64,000 nucleotides of DNA, taken from positions 314,284 through 378,283 of the forward strand of contig JAXLYI010000006.1 in assembly GCA_046351555.1 (NCBI GenBank). Reading direction: 5' to 3'. A model generated the notes under the pieces. The model saw nothing but the letters and a program-made list of their open reading frames with translations, was not told the origin of the DNA and made no database searches. The translations under genes and the position numbers were made by a program. Origin of the DNA: Polyangiales bacterium. Its GTDB lineage: Bacteria; Myxococcota_A; Polyangia; Polyangiales; Ga0077539. Positions 54,159 through 63,154 of this stretch are shown here, one piece after another (position 1 is the stretch's first letter; every line of letters starts with the position of its first letter).

Positions 54159-54668
54159 GTGGGCCTCGCCATCGCCATCCTCGACGTCGACTACCGCGAC
54201 GACCACGCCTTCGCCGCGTGCGTGCTGGCCGACGCCTGGGACGCGCCGGCGCCGCGGCGCGAGCTCGCGGTGCGGGTCGACGGGGTGGCGCCCTACGAGC
54301 CCGGGTCGTTCTACAAGCGCGAGCTGCCGTGCCTGCTGGCGGTGCTGGCGGCGGCGGGTGAGCCTCTGGCGTGCGCGGTGGTCGACGGCTACGTGCGGCT
54401 CGACCGCGACGGGCGCCCGGGGCTCGGCGCGCGGCTCCATGAAGCCCTCGGCGGCGCGACGCCGGTGGTGGGCGTGGCGAAGAAGCGCTTCGGCGACGGC
54501 GCCTTCGCCGAGCGCGTGCTGCGCGGCGAGAGCGCGACGCCGCTGTGGGTCACGGCCGCGGGCATGGGCGACGCAGAGGCCGCCGCCCACGTCCGCGCGA
54601 TGCACGGGCGCTTCCGCGTCCCGACACTGCTGACGCGCGCCGACCGGCTCTGCCGCGACGCGCGGTGA
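54159..54668 (+). CDS. nfi: Endonuclease V (deoxyinosine 3-prime endonuclease), apparently N-terminally short. The start is uncertain.
   Basis: ILDVDY matches the catalytic-Asp region (GADVGF in E. coli). YEPGSFYKRELP corresponds to the FREYP motif region, and PVVGVAKKRF to IGVAKKRL. Only about 169 aa lie downstream of the first plausible GTG, against 223 aa in E. coli. Confidence 0.6.
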   Translation: MGLAIAILDVDYRDDHAFAACVLADAWDAPAPRRELAVRVDGVAPYEPGSFYKRELPCLLAVLAAAGEPLACAVVDGYVRLDRDGRPGLGARLHEALGGATPVVGVAKKRFGDGAFAERVLRGESATPLWVTAAGMGDAEAAAHVRAMHGRFRVPTLLTRADRLCRDAR

Positions 54669-54671
54669 GGC

Positions 54672-57593
54672 TCAGCCGTTGCGCGATTCGAAGCGCTGCG
54701 CGCCGTCGCCCTTCCACCACTCGACGTAGCGCTGGTGGGCGCGCTCGCGGTCGCGCTTCGGGAGGTTGAAGTAGTAGCCGAAGTACTGGCCCGTGAGCCG
54801 CTTGAGCTCCTCGCTGGCCTCGTGGCGGACGGCGGGCTCCGGGTGCAGGAGCGCGTCGATGAGCCACACCACCCGGTGCTGCTGCCCCGAGCGGCCCCAC
54901 CACGTCACCCAGGGCGCGGCCATCGCGCCGAAGTCCTGCCGGGTGATCACCGTGAGCGCGCGGTGCGCGGCCTCGACCACGCCCGCGTCCGCGTCGCCGA
55001 GCGCGGCCACCAGCGCGGGCACGGCCTCGGCGTCGCGCAGCTCGCTCAGCGCCGCGGCGGCCGCACGACGCGCGGCGGCCCGCGGGTCGGAGAGCGACGC
55101 CCGCACCGCCCGGCCCGCGCCCTCGAACTCCTCGAAGCGCTGGTGCGCCCGGAGCGCGTCGACCGCCGCCGCGCGCACGGCGTCGTCGTCGTCGAAGAGG
55201 CGCGCGACCAGCGGCGCGATCGCCGACGGGTGCGCGCACTCGCCCAGGCACGCGACCGCGCAGTAGCGGACGTCGGGGTCGACGTCGTCGAGCGCCTTCA
55301 CCAGCCGAGGCGCCGCGGCCTGGCGGAACGCCACCACCGCCCGCAGCAGCGGCGCCCCCTCGTCGAGCGCCGCGGCGCGCGCGCCCGGCTCTGCCCGCCG
55401 CGGCCGGTGCGGCCCCGGGAAGGCGCGGAGCAGCGCGTCGAGCCCCGCGTCGCCGTGCGCGAGCAGCGTGTCGAGCGCGCCGGGCACCGGGGAGCTCCCT
55501 TCGAGGAGTTCGCGCACGACGGAGGCGCACACGTCGCCGGGCGCGCGGACGGGCGTGGCCTTGAGCCCCGGCGGCGGCGCCTCGCGGCCCACCTCGGGCT
55601 CGACGGGCCGGTCGCTCCAGAGGGGCGGCGGCGCCGAGGTGGCGGGCGCGGGCGCGTCGGACGAGAGCGCGCCGCGCAGCGCGTGGAGCCGGGCCGAGCG
55701 GTCGGGCAGCGGCGCGCGCTCGACGGGGCGGGCGGAGGTGGCGAGGGTGATCTGCGGCTGGCTCGCGCGGTTGGGGCGCTTGCGGGCGGCGATGAGGCGC
55801 TCGAAGGCCGCGGCGCAGCGCTTGATGAAGGCGTCGAGTTCGCGCACGGCGAGGGCCGTCGGCGCGCGCCGCCCGTTGTCCGCCCAGAGGAGCAGCGCCA
55901 CCTTCGCGCCGATGCGCACGGGCGCGACCACCACCTCCTCGGCGACGGGGCGCTGGAGCCGGGCGCGCACCTCGGCGTCGAGCGTGTCGGGCTCGACGCG
56001 CGCCACCTCCACCGCGCCCGACTCGAACGCGAGCCGGAAGGTGGAGGGGCGCTCGAGTTCGAAGGACACGCCGCGCAGCGCCGCGCCGAGCGCGCCCTCG
56101 CCGAGCGCCGCGACGCCCGCGCCCTGGGCCCCCTGCACGACGAAGAGGGCCGCGTAGGCGAAGCGCTCGTGGACGTGCGCGAGCATCGCGTCGACGACGG
56201 CGTCGCGGTCGTGCGCGGCGTCGAGGCGGCGGAGGGCGTCGTCGAGGGAGATTCCTCGCGGCGGCGGCGGCAGCGACGACAGGCGGACGTCGTGGAGCAG
56301 TCCGTCGCCCCCCTCGAGCAGCACCTCGATCGCGGGCGGCGGCATCGAGGCGATCACCCCGCGCGGGAGCCGCGGCTCGCCGGGCAGGAGCGGCGTCGGC
56401 GGCAGCGACTCGGGCGCCGACGTGGGCGCGGCGGAAATCGCGGCGGGCACGGGCGCGCGCTCGGGGGCCTCGGGCGAGCGCTGCGAGGGGACGGCGCGCG
56501 CGGCCACCGAGGGGGCGGGCAGGATCGCGGGGCGCGTCGCGGGCGGCGGGTCGGTGGGGAAGCCCATCGGCGGCGGCGGCGACGCGGGCCGGGCGATCGC
56601 GGGCGCGGACGCGCGGGGCTCGACCGAGGCCGCGGAGATGCGCACCTCCACCGAGGGCGCGGTGGCGCGCGCTTCGACCACGGGCGCGGGCGTCTGCGCT
56701 TCGAGCGCGGGTGACGACGTGCGCGGTTCGATCGCGGGTGCGGACGTGCGCGCCTCCACCACGGGCTTCTCCGCGGGCCTCTCCGGGGGCGGGACGGAGG
56801 GCGTCCCGAAGGGCGGCGTGGTGGTGGGGAGGTTGAACGCCATCGGGTTGACGGCGGGCTCGACGCGCGCGGGCTCGACGCGCACGGGCTCGACGCGCGC
56901 GGGCTCGACGGAGGGGCGGACGATCTCCGGGGCCGAGCGGCGCAGGCCCGGCGGCGGCGCGGGCTCCGACGGCGGCGGCTGCGACGAGCTGCCGTCGTCG
57001 TCGTCGTCGTTGAGCATCGCGTCGAGGGCGGCGAAGGCGTCGAGGGCGGGCGTCGAGGTGCGCGCGCCGTTGCGCGGGCGGACGAGGGGGACGATCACCT
57101 CCGCGGGGATGGGGCCCGGCGGCACGGTGGAGAGGCGGCCGGCGAGGCGCTCGAAGCGCGGCGGGAGCGGGAGCTGGTAGTAGCGCCAGAGGGCCCACGC
57201 GAGGCGGACGGAGGTGACGCAGCGGGCCTCGAGCGGGAGCTTCACCGTGGCCTCGACCTCGGCGCGCGCGGCGGGCTCGACAGGCGCGGCGACGGCGACG
57301 ATGAGGCGCCCCGCGTCGATGAAGAGGGCCGCCATCCGGTGGCGCTCGGCGAGCGCGCGGGGGAGGCGCGCGATGGCCACGGGGTCGGCCTCGGCGACGT
57401 CCTCGCGGGTGGCGTGCGGGAGGCCGTGGACGGCGGCGCAGTAGCGGGCGAGCGTGTCCTCGCCGATGGCGCCGCCCTCGAGCAGGCTCGTCTCGAAGTC
57501 GCCGCCGTTGATCACCTGGCGCGAGATGGCCTCGTCGATCGCCTTCGGCGAGACGACCTGATCCTGCGTGAGGAGCGCCGAGAGGAGGGACAT
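54672..57593 (-). CDS. Large multidomain protein with an N-terminal T2SS-E N-terminal-like (GSPII_E_N) domain, a long Pro-rich linker containing EPARV tandem repeats, a central domain, and C-terminal HEAT repeats.
   Basis: It begins MSLLSALLTQDQVVSPKAIDEAISRQVINGGDFETSLLEGGAIGEDTLARYCAAVHGLP. C-terminal HEAT-like units include DPDVRYCAVACLGECAHPSAIAPLVARLFDDDDAVRAAAVDAL. The track ORF extends to 57644, and the first Met in it gives MTRSRPVG. Confidence 0.65.
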   Translation of the reverse strand: MSLLSALLTQDQVVSPKAIDEAISRQVINGGDFETSLLEGGAIGEDTLARYCAAVHGLPHATREDVAEADPVAIARLPRALAERHRMAALFIDAGRLIVAVAAPVEPAARAEVEATVKLPLEARCVTSVRLAWALWRYYQLPLPPRFERLAGRLSTVPPGPIPAEVIVPLVRPRNGARTSTPALDAFAALDAMLNDDDDDGSSSQPPPSEPAPPPGLRRSAPEIVRPSVEPARVEPVRVEPARVEPAVNPMAFNLPTTTPPFGTPSVPPPERPAEKPVVEARTSAPAIEPRTSSPALEAQTPAPVVEARATAPSVEVRISAASVEPRASAPAIARPASPPPPMGFPTDPPPATRPAILPAPSVAARAVPSQRSPEAPERAPVPAAISAAPTSAPESLPPTPLLPGEPRLPRGVIASMPPPAIEVLLEGGDGLLHDVRLSSLPPPPRGISLDDALRRLDAAHDRDAVVDAMLAHVHERFAYAALFVVQGAQGAGVAALGEGALGAALRGVSFELERPSTFRLAFESGAVEVARVEPDTLDAEVRARLQRPVAEEVVVAPVRIGAKVALLLWADNGRRAPTALAVRELDAFIKRCAAAFERLIAARKRPNRASQPQITLATSARPVERAPLPDRSARLHALRGALSSDAPAPATSAPPPLWSDRPVEPEVGREAPPPGLKATPVRAPGDVCASVVRELLEGSSPVPGALDTLLAHGDAGLDALLRAFPGPHRPRRAEPGARAAALDEGAPLLRAVVAFRQAAAPRLVKALDDVDPDVRYCAVACLGECAHPSAIAPLVARLFDDDDAVRAAAVDALRAHQRFEEFEGAGRAVRASLSDPRAAARRAAAAALSELRDAEAVPALVAALGDADAGVVEAAHRALTVITRQDFGAMAAPWVTWWGRSGQQHRVVWLIDALLHPEPAVRHEASEELKRLTGQYFGYYFNLPKRDRERAHQRYVEWWKGDGAQRFESRNG
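56857..56911 (-). repeat. 15-nt tandem repeat (gggctcgacgcgcgc, about 3.7 copies) encoding (R/P)VEPA repeats in the Pro-rich linker of the gene at 54672..57593.
   Basis: Read directly on the plus strand: gggctcgacgcgcgc gggctcgacgcgcac gggctcgacgcgcgc gggctcgacgg. Confidence 0.75.
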
Positions 57594-57656
57594 CGCGTGT
57601 TCAGGCCCGCGGGAACCATCGCCCACCGGGCGCGACCGTGTCAACGCGCGTGCATT

Positions 57657-58394
57657 TCAGCGCGGGCGGAGGTCGCCGCGGAGCACCGAGAGCGCGGCGA
57701 GCATCGCGGGCGCGACCGTCTCCGCGCGCAGGATGCGGGGCCCGAGGGAGACGGCGACGAAGCCCCGCGCGGCGCAGCGGTCGACCTCGGCGGCGTCGAG
57801 GCCCCCTTCGGGCCCGGCGACGACCGCGACGGGCCCGTCGCACCCCGGTTGCACCGCGCGCGCGAGGGAGCCCGACGCGGCCTCCCAGGCGACCAGCCGG
57901 ACGCCCCCCGCGGGCAGCGCGTCGAGGGCCTCGTCGAGCGGGCACGGGGCCCGGAGCGCGGGGACGTCGGCGCGGCCGGACTGACGCGCGGCCTCTTCGG
58001 CGATGCGGTTCCAGCGGTCGAGGCGGGCGGCGAGGCGGTCGCCGCGCTCCTGCGGGACGGAGCGGGCGGTGAAGACGGGCCAGATCGCCGCCACGCCGAG
58101 CTCGGTGGCCTGCCGCACGATGGTGTCGAGCTTGTCTCCCTTGGGGTAGCCCTGCACCCAGGTAACCTTCGCGCCGTCGGCCCCGACGCCCGCGCGGGGC
58201 GCGTCGAGCAGGGTGGCGGTGGCGCCGCCGGAGTCGAGCGTGGCGTCGCATTCGAAGCCTTCGCCGTCGAAGAGGACGAGGCGGGTGCCCCAAGGAACGC
58301 GGGCGACGCGGAGGTGGTGGGCGGCCTCGCGGGGCAGCGCGACGGCCCCCTCCGCGCGGACGAGGGCGGGGTCGACGCGGAGGCGCTCGGTCAC
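57657..58394 (-). CDS. rsmE: 16S rRNA (uracil1498-N3)-methyltransferase RsmE.
   Basis: The PUA-like N-terminus is HHLRVARV...RLVLFDG. The SPOUT C-terminus is VAGPEGGLDAAEV...GPRILRAETVA. Confidence 0.85.
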   Translation of the reverse strand: MTERLRVDPALVRAEGAVALPREAAHHLRVARVPWGTRLVLFDGEGFECDATLDSGGATATLLDAPRAGVGADGAKVTWVQGYPKGDKLDTIVRQATELGVAAIWPVFTARSVPQERGDRLAARLDRWNRIAEEAARQSGRADVPALRAPCPLDEALDALPAGGVRLVAWEAASGSLARAVQPGCDGPVAVVAGPEGGLDAAEVDRCAARGFVAVSLGPRILRAETVAPAMLAALSVLRGDLRPR

Positions 58395-59251
58395 GCGCGG
58401 CGGAGCTCCGGGGCGACCCAGGCACCTTCGACGTCGGCGCGGTCGAGGGTGAAGCCGAGGGGCGCGTAGGCGCGGACGACGTCGTCGCGCTGCTCGACGA
58501 GGATGCCCGACAAAATGAGCCGGCCGCCGGACGTCACGTGCGCGGCGACCTCGGCGGCGTGCGGGACGAGCACGGAGGCCTCGATGTTGGCGACGACGAA
58601 GGGGGAGGTCTCGGGGACGACGTCGAAGCCGCCGACGCGGAGGTCAACGCGGTCGGAGAGCCCGAGGTGCTCGGCGTTCTCGCGGGCGGCGACGATGGAC
58701 TCGTCGTCGATGTCGCAGGCGACCGCGCGCGGGAGCCCTTGCATCACCGCGATGAACGAGAGGATGCCCGAGCCGCAGCCGAGGTCGAGGAGCGTCGCGC
58801 GCTCGCCCGCTTCGATGGCGCGCTCGATGGCGCGGGCGGCGAGGGCGGTGGAGGGGTGCTGGCCGGTGCCGAAGGCGCGCCCCGGGTCGAGCGGGAGGAC
58901 GAGGTCGCCGGGCTGCGGGTCGTACGTCGTCCAGCTCGGCACGACGACCACGCGCGGGGTGATTCGCGTCGGGCGCCAGTGCTCCTTCCAGGCGTCGCGC
59001 CACGCGTCGCCGACGAGCTCCTCGCGGCGCACCGGGAACTCCCCGCGCAGCGCCTCGTACGCCTCCTCACGGGATGCCTCGTCGGGGAAGGACGCGATGA
59101 GCGTGGCGCCGAGCTCGCCGCCGCGGGCGAGGGTGGTCTGGTCGCGCTCCTCGATGCCTTCGGCGCCGAGGAGGGTGAGCCGGCCGACGAGCGCGTCGAC
59201 CTCTTCGACGGGGGCCTCGACGACGAGAAGCGGGTAGGCGGGGACCGTCAC
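58391..59251 (-). CDS. prmA: Ribosomal protein L11 methyltransferase PrmA. The GTG start is inside a longer track ORF, and the stop overlaps the rsmE start.
   Basis: It has WKEHWRPTRITPRVVVVPSW. The SAM motif is LDLGCGSGILS, followed by DIDDESIVAARENAE. Confidence 0.85.
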   Translation of the reverse strand: MTVPAYPLLVVEAPVEEVDALVGRLTLLGAEGIEERDQTTLARGGELGATLIASFPDEASREEAYEALRGEFPVRREELVGDAWRDAWKEHWRPTRITPRVVVVPSWTTYDPQPGDLVLPLDPGRAFGTGQHPSTALAARAIERAIEAGERATLLDLGCGSGILSFIAVMQGLPRAVACDIDDESIVAARENAEHLGLSDRVDLRVGGFDVVPETSPFVVANIEASVLVPHAAEVAAHVTSGGRLILSGILVEQRDDVVRAYAPLGFTLDRADVEGAWVAPELRRA

Positions 59252-60123
59252 ATGCCCTCCCCGAGGTTGATGGTGAGCCGCGCGGGCTCCTCGGTGGTGT
59301 CGCGGAAGATGAAGTACGAGCCGACCGCGACGCCGGCCACGAGCACCGCGGCGCCCGTCCAGAACCACCAGCGCGTGAGCACCGAGGGGCTCTCGTCGGC
59401 GGGGACCACCACGCGGAGCGGGGCGTAGGCGTCGCCGCGGGCCGCGACGGCGATGCCGTTCTCGTCGACGGCCTCGAGGTAGTACTCGACGACGGGGGGC
59501 CTCACCTCGGCGGCGGGGACGGTGGCGGCGAAGGTGCCGGCGCGGTTCTGCGCGGCGGCGCGGTGGAAGAGCCCGCGGCTGCCCGAGCGCCACGCGAGGA
59601 CGAGGCCCGCGCTGCGGCGGTCGGGGTCGGTGAGCGAGGCGGTGAGCTCGAGGTCGCTGTTGCGCGCGTGCTGCGGCGGCGACGTGTGCTGGATGGTCAC
59701 CGGCCGCGCGGCCCGCGGGGGCACGTCGGCCTGCGCCACGCCGGGCCTCCCCTCGGCCACCCAGCGGTCGCGCGCGCGGTTGAAGAACTCCACGATCCGC
59801 GGCGCCGTGCTCGCGTCGAGGCGCCGCTCCGGGTCGCGCGCGAGCATCAGCCGGAAGGCGCCTTCGGCCTCGTCGTCGCGCGAGAGGGCGAGGTACGAGA
59901 GACCGAGGTACTCGTAGATCTGCGCCTCCTGCGCGGGCGTGTTGCCGCGTCGGATGATCGCCGCCGACAGCGTCTGGACGGCCTCCTCGAACTGGAGGTT
60001 GTCGTACTGGGTGCGCCCGGTCTGCACGAGGCCGCCGTTGTCCTGCGCGAGCGCCGTGCCGGGCAGGAGGGCGGGCGTGAGGGCGAGCGCGAGCGCGAGC
60101 GCGACGCTGCGGGGGGATGGCAT
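59248..60123 (-). CDS. Hypothetical exported protein with a signal peptide, a TPR-like helical region, an Ig-like/beta middle, and a C-terminal TM anchor.
   Basis: It begins MPSPRSVALALALALTPALLPGTALA. A C-terminal TM segment is WWFWTGAAVLVAGVAVGSYFIF. The stop overlaps the prmA start in a GTGA arrangement. Confidence 0.55.
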   Translation of the reverse strand: MPSPRSVALALALALTPALLPGTALAQDNGGLVQTGRTQYDNLQFEEAVQTLSAAIIRRGNTPAQEAQIYEYLGLSYLALSRDDEAEGAFRLMLARDPERRLDASTAPRIVEFFNRARDRWVAEGRPGVAQADVPPRAARPVTIQHTSPPQHARNSDLELTASLTDPDRRSAGLVLAWRSGSRGLFHRAAAQNRAGTFAATVPAAEVRPPVVEYYLEAVDENGIAVAARGDAYAPLRVVVPADESPSVLTRWWFWTGAAVLVAGVAVGSYFIFRDTTEEPARLTINLGEGM

Positions 60124-60204
60124 CGCGGCGGATGCTACACCAGCGCCCACGGGGGGCTGTGAGAAACTATCGCCGGGCCGCCGGGCCGTGAGAGCATCCG
60201 CGCC

Positions 60205-60825
60205 ATGTCGATCGTCGTCGGCCCGCCCGGTGCGCTCGTCGCCATCGAGGGCATCGATGGCGCGGGCAAGACCACGCAGTCCCGCCGCCTCGCCGAGGCC
60301 CTCGCAGCCGACGGCTACGAGGTGGTGCGCACCCACGAGCCCACCGACGGCCCGTGGGGGCGGCGCATCCGCGCGTCGGGGGAGACGGGGCGCCTGTCGC
60401 CGCGCGAGGAGTTCGAAGCCTTCCTCGAAGACCGCCGCGAGCACGTGCGCGACCTCCTCGCACCGTCGCTCGAAGCGGGGCGCGTGGTGCTGGTCGACCG
60501 CTACTACTTCTCGTCGATGGCCTACCAGGGCGCGCGCGGGCTCGACCCCGCCGTCATCCGCGCGGAGAACGAGCGCGTCGCCCCGCGGCCCGACCTGCTG
60601 GTGATCCTCGAGATCGAGCCCGCCGCGGGCGTGGCGCGGGTCAACGCGCGCGGCAAGGGCAACCTCTTCGAACGCGAGGACGACCTCCGGCGCGCGGCCG
60701 CGATCTTCGACGCGATCACCGACCCGGCGCCGCTGCGCCTCGACGCGACGCGGCCCGAGGGGGAGCTCACCAAGGAGATCCTCGCGGCGCTGCGCGGGGT
60801 GCTCTCGCACAAGAAGCTCGGGTGA
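60205..60825 (+). CDS. tmk: Thymidylate kinase.
   Basis: The P-loop is IEGIDGAGKTTQ. The DRY-type motif is LVDRYYFSSMAYQGARG. The lid is ARGKGNLFERED. Confidence 0.9.
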   Translation: MSIVVGPPGALVAIEGIDGAGKTTQSRRLAEALAADGYEVVRTHEPTDGPWGRRIRASGETGRLSPREEFEAFLEDRREHVRDLLAPSLEAGRVVLVDRYYFSSMAYQGARGLDPAVIRAENERVAPRPDLLVILEIEPAAGVARVNARGKGNLFEREDDLRRAAAIFDAITDPAPLRLDATRPEGELTKEILAALRGVLSHKKLG

Positions 60826-60837
60826 GCGGTCACCCCG
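60822..60837 (+). terminator. Short GC hairpin (gggtga-gcgg-tcaccc) between the convergent tmk and Toprim-like genes. It is a candidate bidirectional terminator but very close to both stops.
   Basis: Read directly. It is a 6-bp stem with a 4-nt loop and no U-tract. Confidence 0.2.
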
Positions 60838-61426
60838 GGTCTGGCGCCGGCGGTTCGCGGAGCATCGCGACGACCTTGCCGACCAGGTAGCCGAGCGACG
60901 GGACCGCCGCCAGGAGACTGGCCCGTTGCTCCGCAGTCAGCCGCCTCGCGGCGAGCTTGAAGAGGATGTCACGGCTCGCCACGTCCTTGCGCTCGATGGC
61001 CAGCGCGAAGGCCTCCTCGCGCCCCTGGACGGCGCCGAGCGAACGGAGCCCGACGAGGACGCTCTCGGTGTTCTGCTCGATCAGCACCACGCGCAGGAGC
61101 GACGCGGGGTCGCACCCTCGCTTGATCGCCTCGGTCACCCTGACCTTGCACGCGTCGAGCGCGAGCTTCGCCATCGACCGCACCCGGTCGTTGTCGAACA
61201 CCGCGACCACGACGTGGCCCGTGCGCGTCAAGCGTGGAAGCTCCTGGCGGCACGCAGTCCAGACCTTGCTGTTGCCGTTCTTCGGGTACCCGCGGAGGCG
61301 GTCCTTCAGCGCCCAGGGTTCGCAGCCCAGCCGGTCGGCCACGCAGCAGACGACGAGGTCGTGAAGCCCGAACTCCGCCCGCTCCCCCGCGGAGTCTTCA
61401 TAGAGAAGCGTCACCCCCGGGAGCAC
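60830..61426 (-). CDS. Small Toprim-like (DUF4435/OLD-type) putative nuclease partner of the upstream ABC ATPase.
   Basis: The first motif, LLYEDSAGERAEFGLHDLVV, gives the conserved Glu in a VEG-like position. The second, HVVVAVFDNDRVRS, gives the DxD motif. Both are spaced as in Toprim domains. It is 198 aa and its start abuts the ATPase stop. Confidence 0.5.
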   Translation of the reverse strand: MLPGVTLLYEDSAGERAEFGLHDLVVCCVADRLGCEPWALKDRLRGYPKNGNSKVWTACRQELPRLTRTGHVVVAVFDNDRVRSMAKLALDACKVRVTEAIKRGCDPASLLRVVLIEQNTESVLVGLRSLGAVQGREEAFALAIERKDVASRDILFKLAARRLTAEQRASLLAAVPSLGYLVGKVVAMLREPPAPDPG

Positions 61427-63154
61427 CTACGCCTCCGTCCTCGTCATCACCTCGGCCTCGTAGCCTGCGTCGAGGATCCGGCCGAGCCCGTCATAGTCCT
61501 TCAACCAGTCGTCCAGCGCGGCCCGATCGGGGTAGCGCAAACGGGTGGCGCCGTCCTCGTCGAGCTCGCACAGCACGGCGGACGTGGCCGGGTCGCGGAG
61601 CTCGTCGAGCAGCCGTCGCGAGTGCGTCGCGAGGAGCACCGGGCTGCGCTCCGAGATCCGCTGGAAGAAGCCCACCACGCGCGCGAGCAGCCGAGGGTGG
61701 AGGTGCACCTCGGGCTCGTCGAACACCAGCAGCGAGCGCTTCGAGGGCAGCCGGAACATCGCCACGAACGCGAGGTACGCGAGCGTCCCCTCCGACAGCG
61801 CGGCCGCGGGGACCTGCTCGTCGCGGCCCCGGAGCTTCACCCACAGCGCGATCGAGCCGCCCGCCGGGTCGGCGCGGGTGTTGACGGACTCGACGCGGTC
61901 GCCGAGGCCGAGGCGCACGTAGTCCATGGTCTCGCGCCAGTGCTCCTCGCCCACGTCCGAGCGGAGCGCGTGCCAGGCGTTGGCGAGGTTGAGGCCGAGC
62001 CGCTCGACGCTCGAAGCCGACTGGATGAGCGACGACCCGCGCGGGATGGAGGGGCGGCCGTGCGCGCGGCTCACCCAGCCGGGCGTGACCTCGAAGGGGA
62101 CGTGGACCTCGATGTTCTTCAGCGCCGCCGCCATGCGAGAGATCGCGGGGTGCGGCGGGTTCAGGCCGAAGGAGGTGAGCGCGAGGGCGTCCTGGGGGAC
62201 GGTCTGCGATCGCCTGCGTTGTTCGAGCGCATGGGGCGCCCAGGCGCCGGTGGGGTCGCGCTCCAGGAGGACGGCCGAGAGGGGCGGGTCGTCGGGGTAG
62301 CCGAGGGTGAGCCGCTCGTACGAGACCACCGCGCCTCCGCCGGCGGGGGCGAGCCGGAGTTCGTAGTGAAGCGGCGGGCCTGCGCCGTGGACTTCGACGG
62401 CGAGCGCGAGCTCCCGGGCCCCGTGCCGAAGCAGCAGCCGGAGGCCGCCGTGGATGGCGTTGAGCTCGTCGACGAAGGCGGGCGAAGCGACGCGCCGGAG
62501 CAGCTCGCACGCCTCGACGATCGTGCTCTTCCCCACGCCGTTCTCACCGATGAGAACGATGAGCCCGTTCAGCGCCAGATGCGCCTGCGCCACCGTGCGG
62601 GCGCCCCGAACCGTCAGGGCGCGGATCACGTCGGGGCGCGCCGAGGTTTGCACGTCGACGGGCCACAGCGCGCCGTACGTTTCGCGCCACTGCGCGTGGG
62701 CTTCCGCGATCTCGCCGGCGCACTCGAGCCGGACGGCGTGCTCCGCCACCGCGGCGCGCGCGTGGAGCCAGAGGGCGGGGTGCTTCGCGGCGAGCAAGCG
62801 CAAGACGTCGCGCACCCGAGCGCTCGTGCGAGGCGCGCCGCCCAGACTCACAGACGCGGCCATCGCGCCGACCGACTCGACGGAATCCCCACCGGGCGCG
62901 GACGCGATCAAACACGCGACCAGCCGGGCCAGCGACGCCGCCGGCGCAGCAATCGCTCCCTCCTCCGGCGTCAGAGACTCCGCTCCCCCCGCGCCACCTT
63001 CCGCGTGCGCGGACGCCAACGTTCGACTCAACGCTTCGAACGCCTCTTCGATCGTCGGCAGCTCGTTGCGTGCGGTCGTCACGGGCCTCGTGCGGGTGTA
63101 TCGCGCACCGTCGGGCGTGGTCAACGCTCGCGTCTCGATGACCCCTACCGCCAC
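61427..63154 (-). CDS. ABC-type ATPase of the AAA_15/AAA_21 (OLD / AriA / GajA-like) class. The N-terminal extent is uncertain.
   Basis: The Walker A is LIVLIGENGVGKSTIVEA. The Q-loop/signature region is AALSEGTLAYLAFVAMF. The Walker B plus H-loop is LLVFDEPEVHLHP...LLATHS. The start was chosen at the in-frame GTG just downstream of the upstream lipoprotein gene, but the true start may be later (for example MAASVSL). Confidence 0.7.
   Translation of the reverse strand: MAVGVIETRALTTPDGARYTRTRPVTTARNELPTIEEAFEALSRTLASAHAEGGAGGAESLTPEEGAIAAPAASLARLVACLIASAPGGDSVESVGAMAASVSLGGAPRTSARVRDVLRLLAAKHPALWLHARAAVAEHAVRLECAGEIAEAHAQWRETYGALWPVDVQTSARPDVIRALTVRGARTVAQAHLALNGLIVLIGENGVGKSTIVEACELLRRVASPAFVDELNAIHGGLRLLLRHGARELALAVEVHGAGPPLHYELRLAPAGGGAVVSYERLTLGYPDDPPLSAVLLERDPTGAWAPHALEQRRRSQTVPQDALALTSFGLNPPHPAISRMAAALKNIEVHVPFEVTPGWVSRAHGRPSIPRGSSLIQSASSVERLGLNLANAWHALRSDVGEEHWRETMDYVRLGLGDRVESVNTRADPAGGSIALWVKLRGRDEQVPAAALSEGTLAYLAFVAMFRLPSKRSLLVFDEPEVHLHPRLLARVVGFFQRISERSPVLLATHSRRLLDELRDPATSAVLCELDEDGATRLRYPDRAALDDWLKDYDGLGRILDAGYEAEVMTRTEA

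Noticed and set aside
52463-54361. A 632-aa plus ORF.
   Set aside because: It overlaps the HEAT-repeat gene antisense. It is Arg/Gly/Glu-rich with poly-R runs. However, the strand choice for 52538..54085 is the least certain call in the window.
54550-57198. ORF 54550..57198 (-, 882 aa) and ORF 54735..56714 (+, 659 aa).
   Set aside because: They are off-frame or antisense to 54672..57593. Composition is Arg/Ala/Gly/Pro with no domain signatures.
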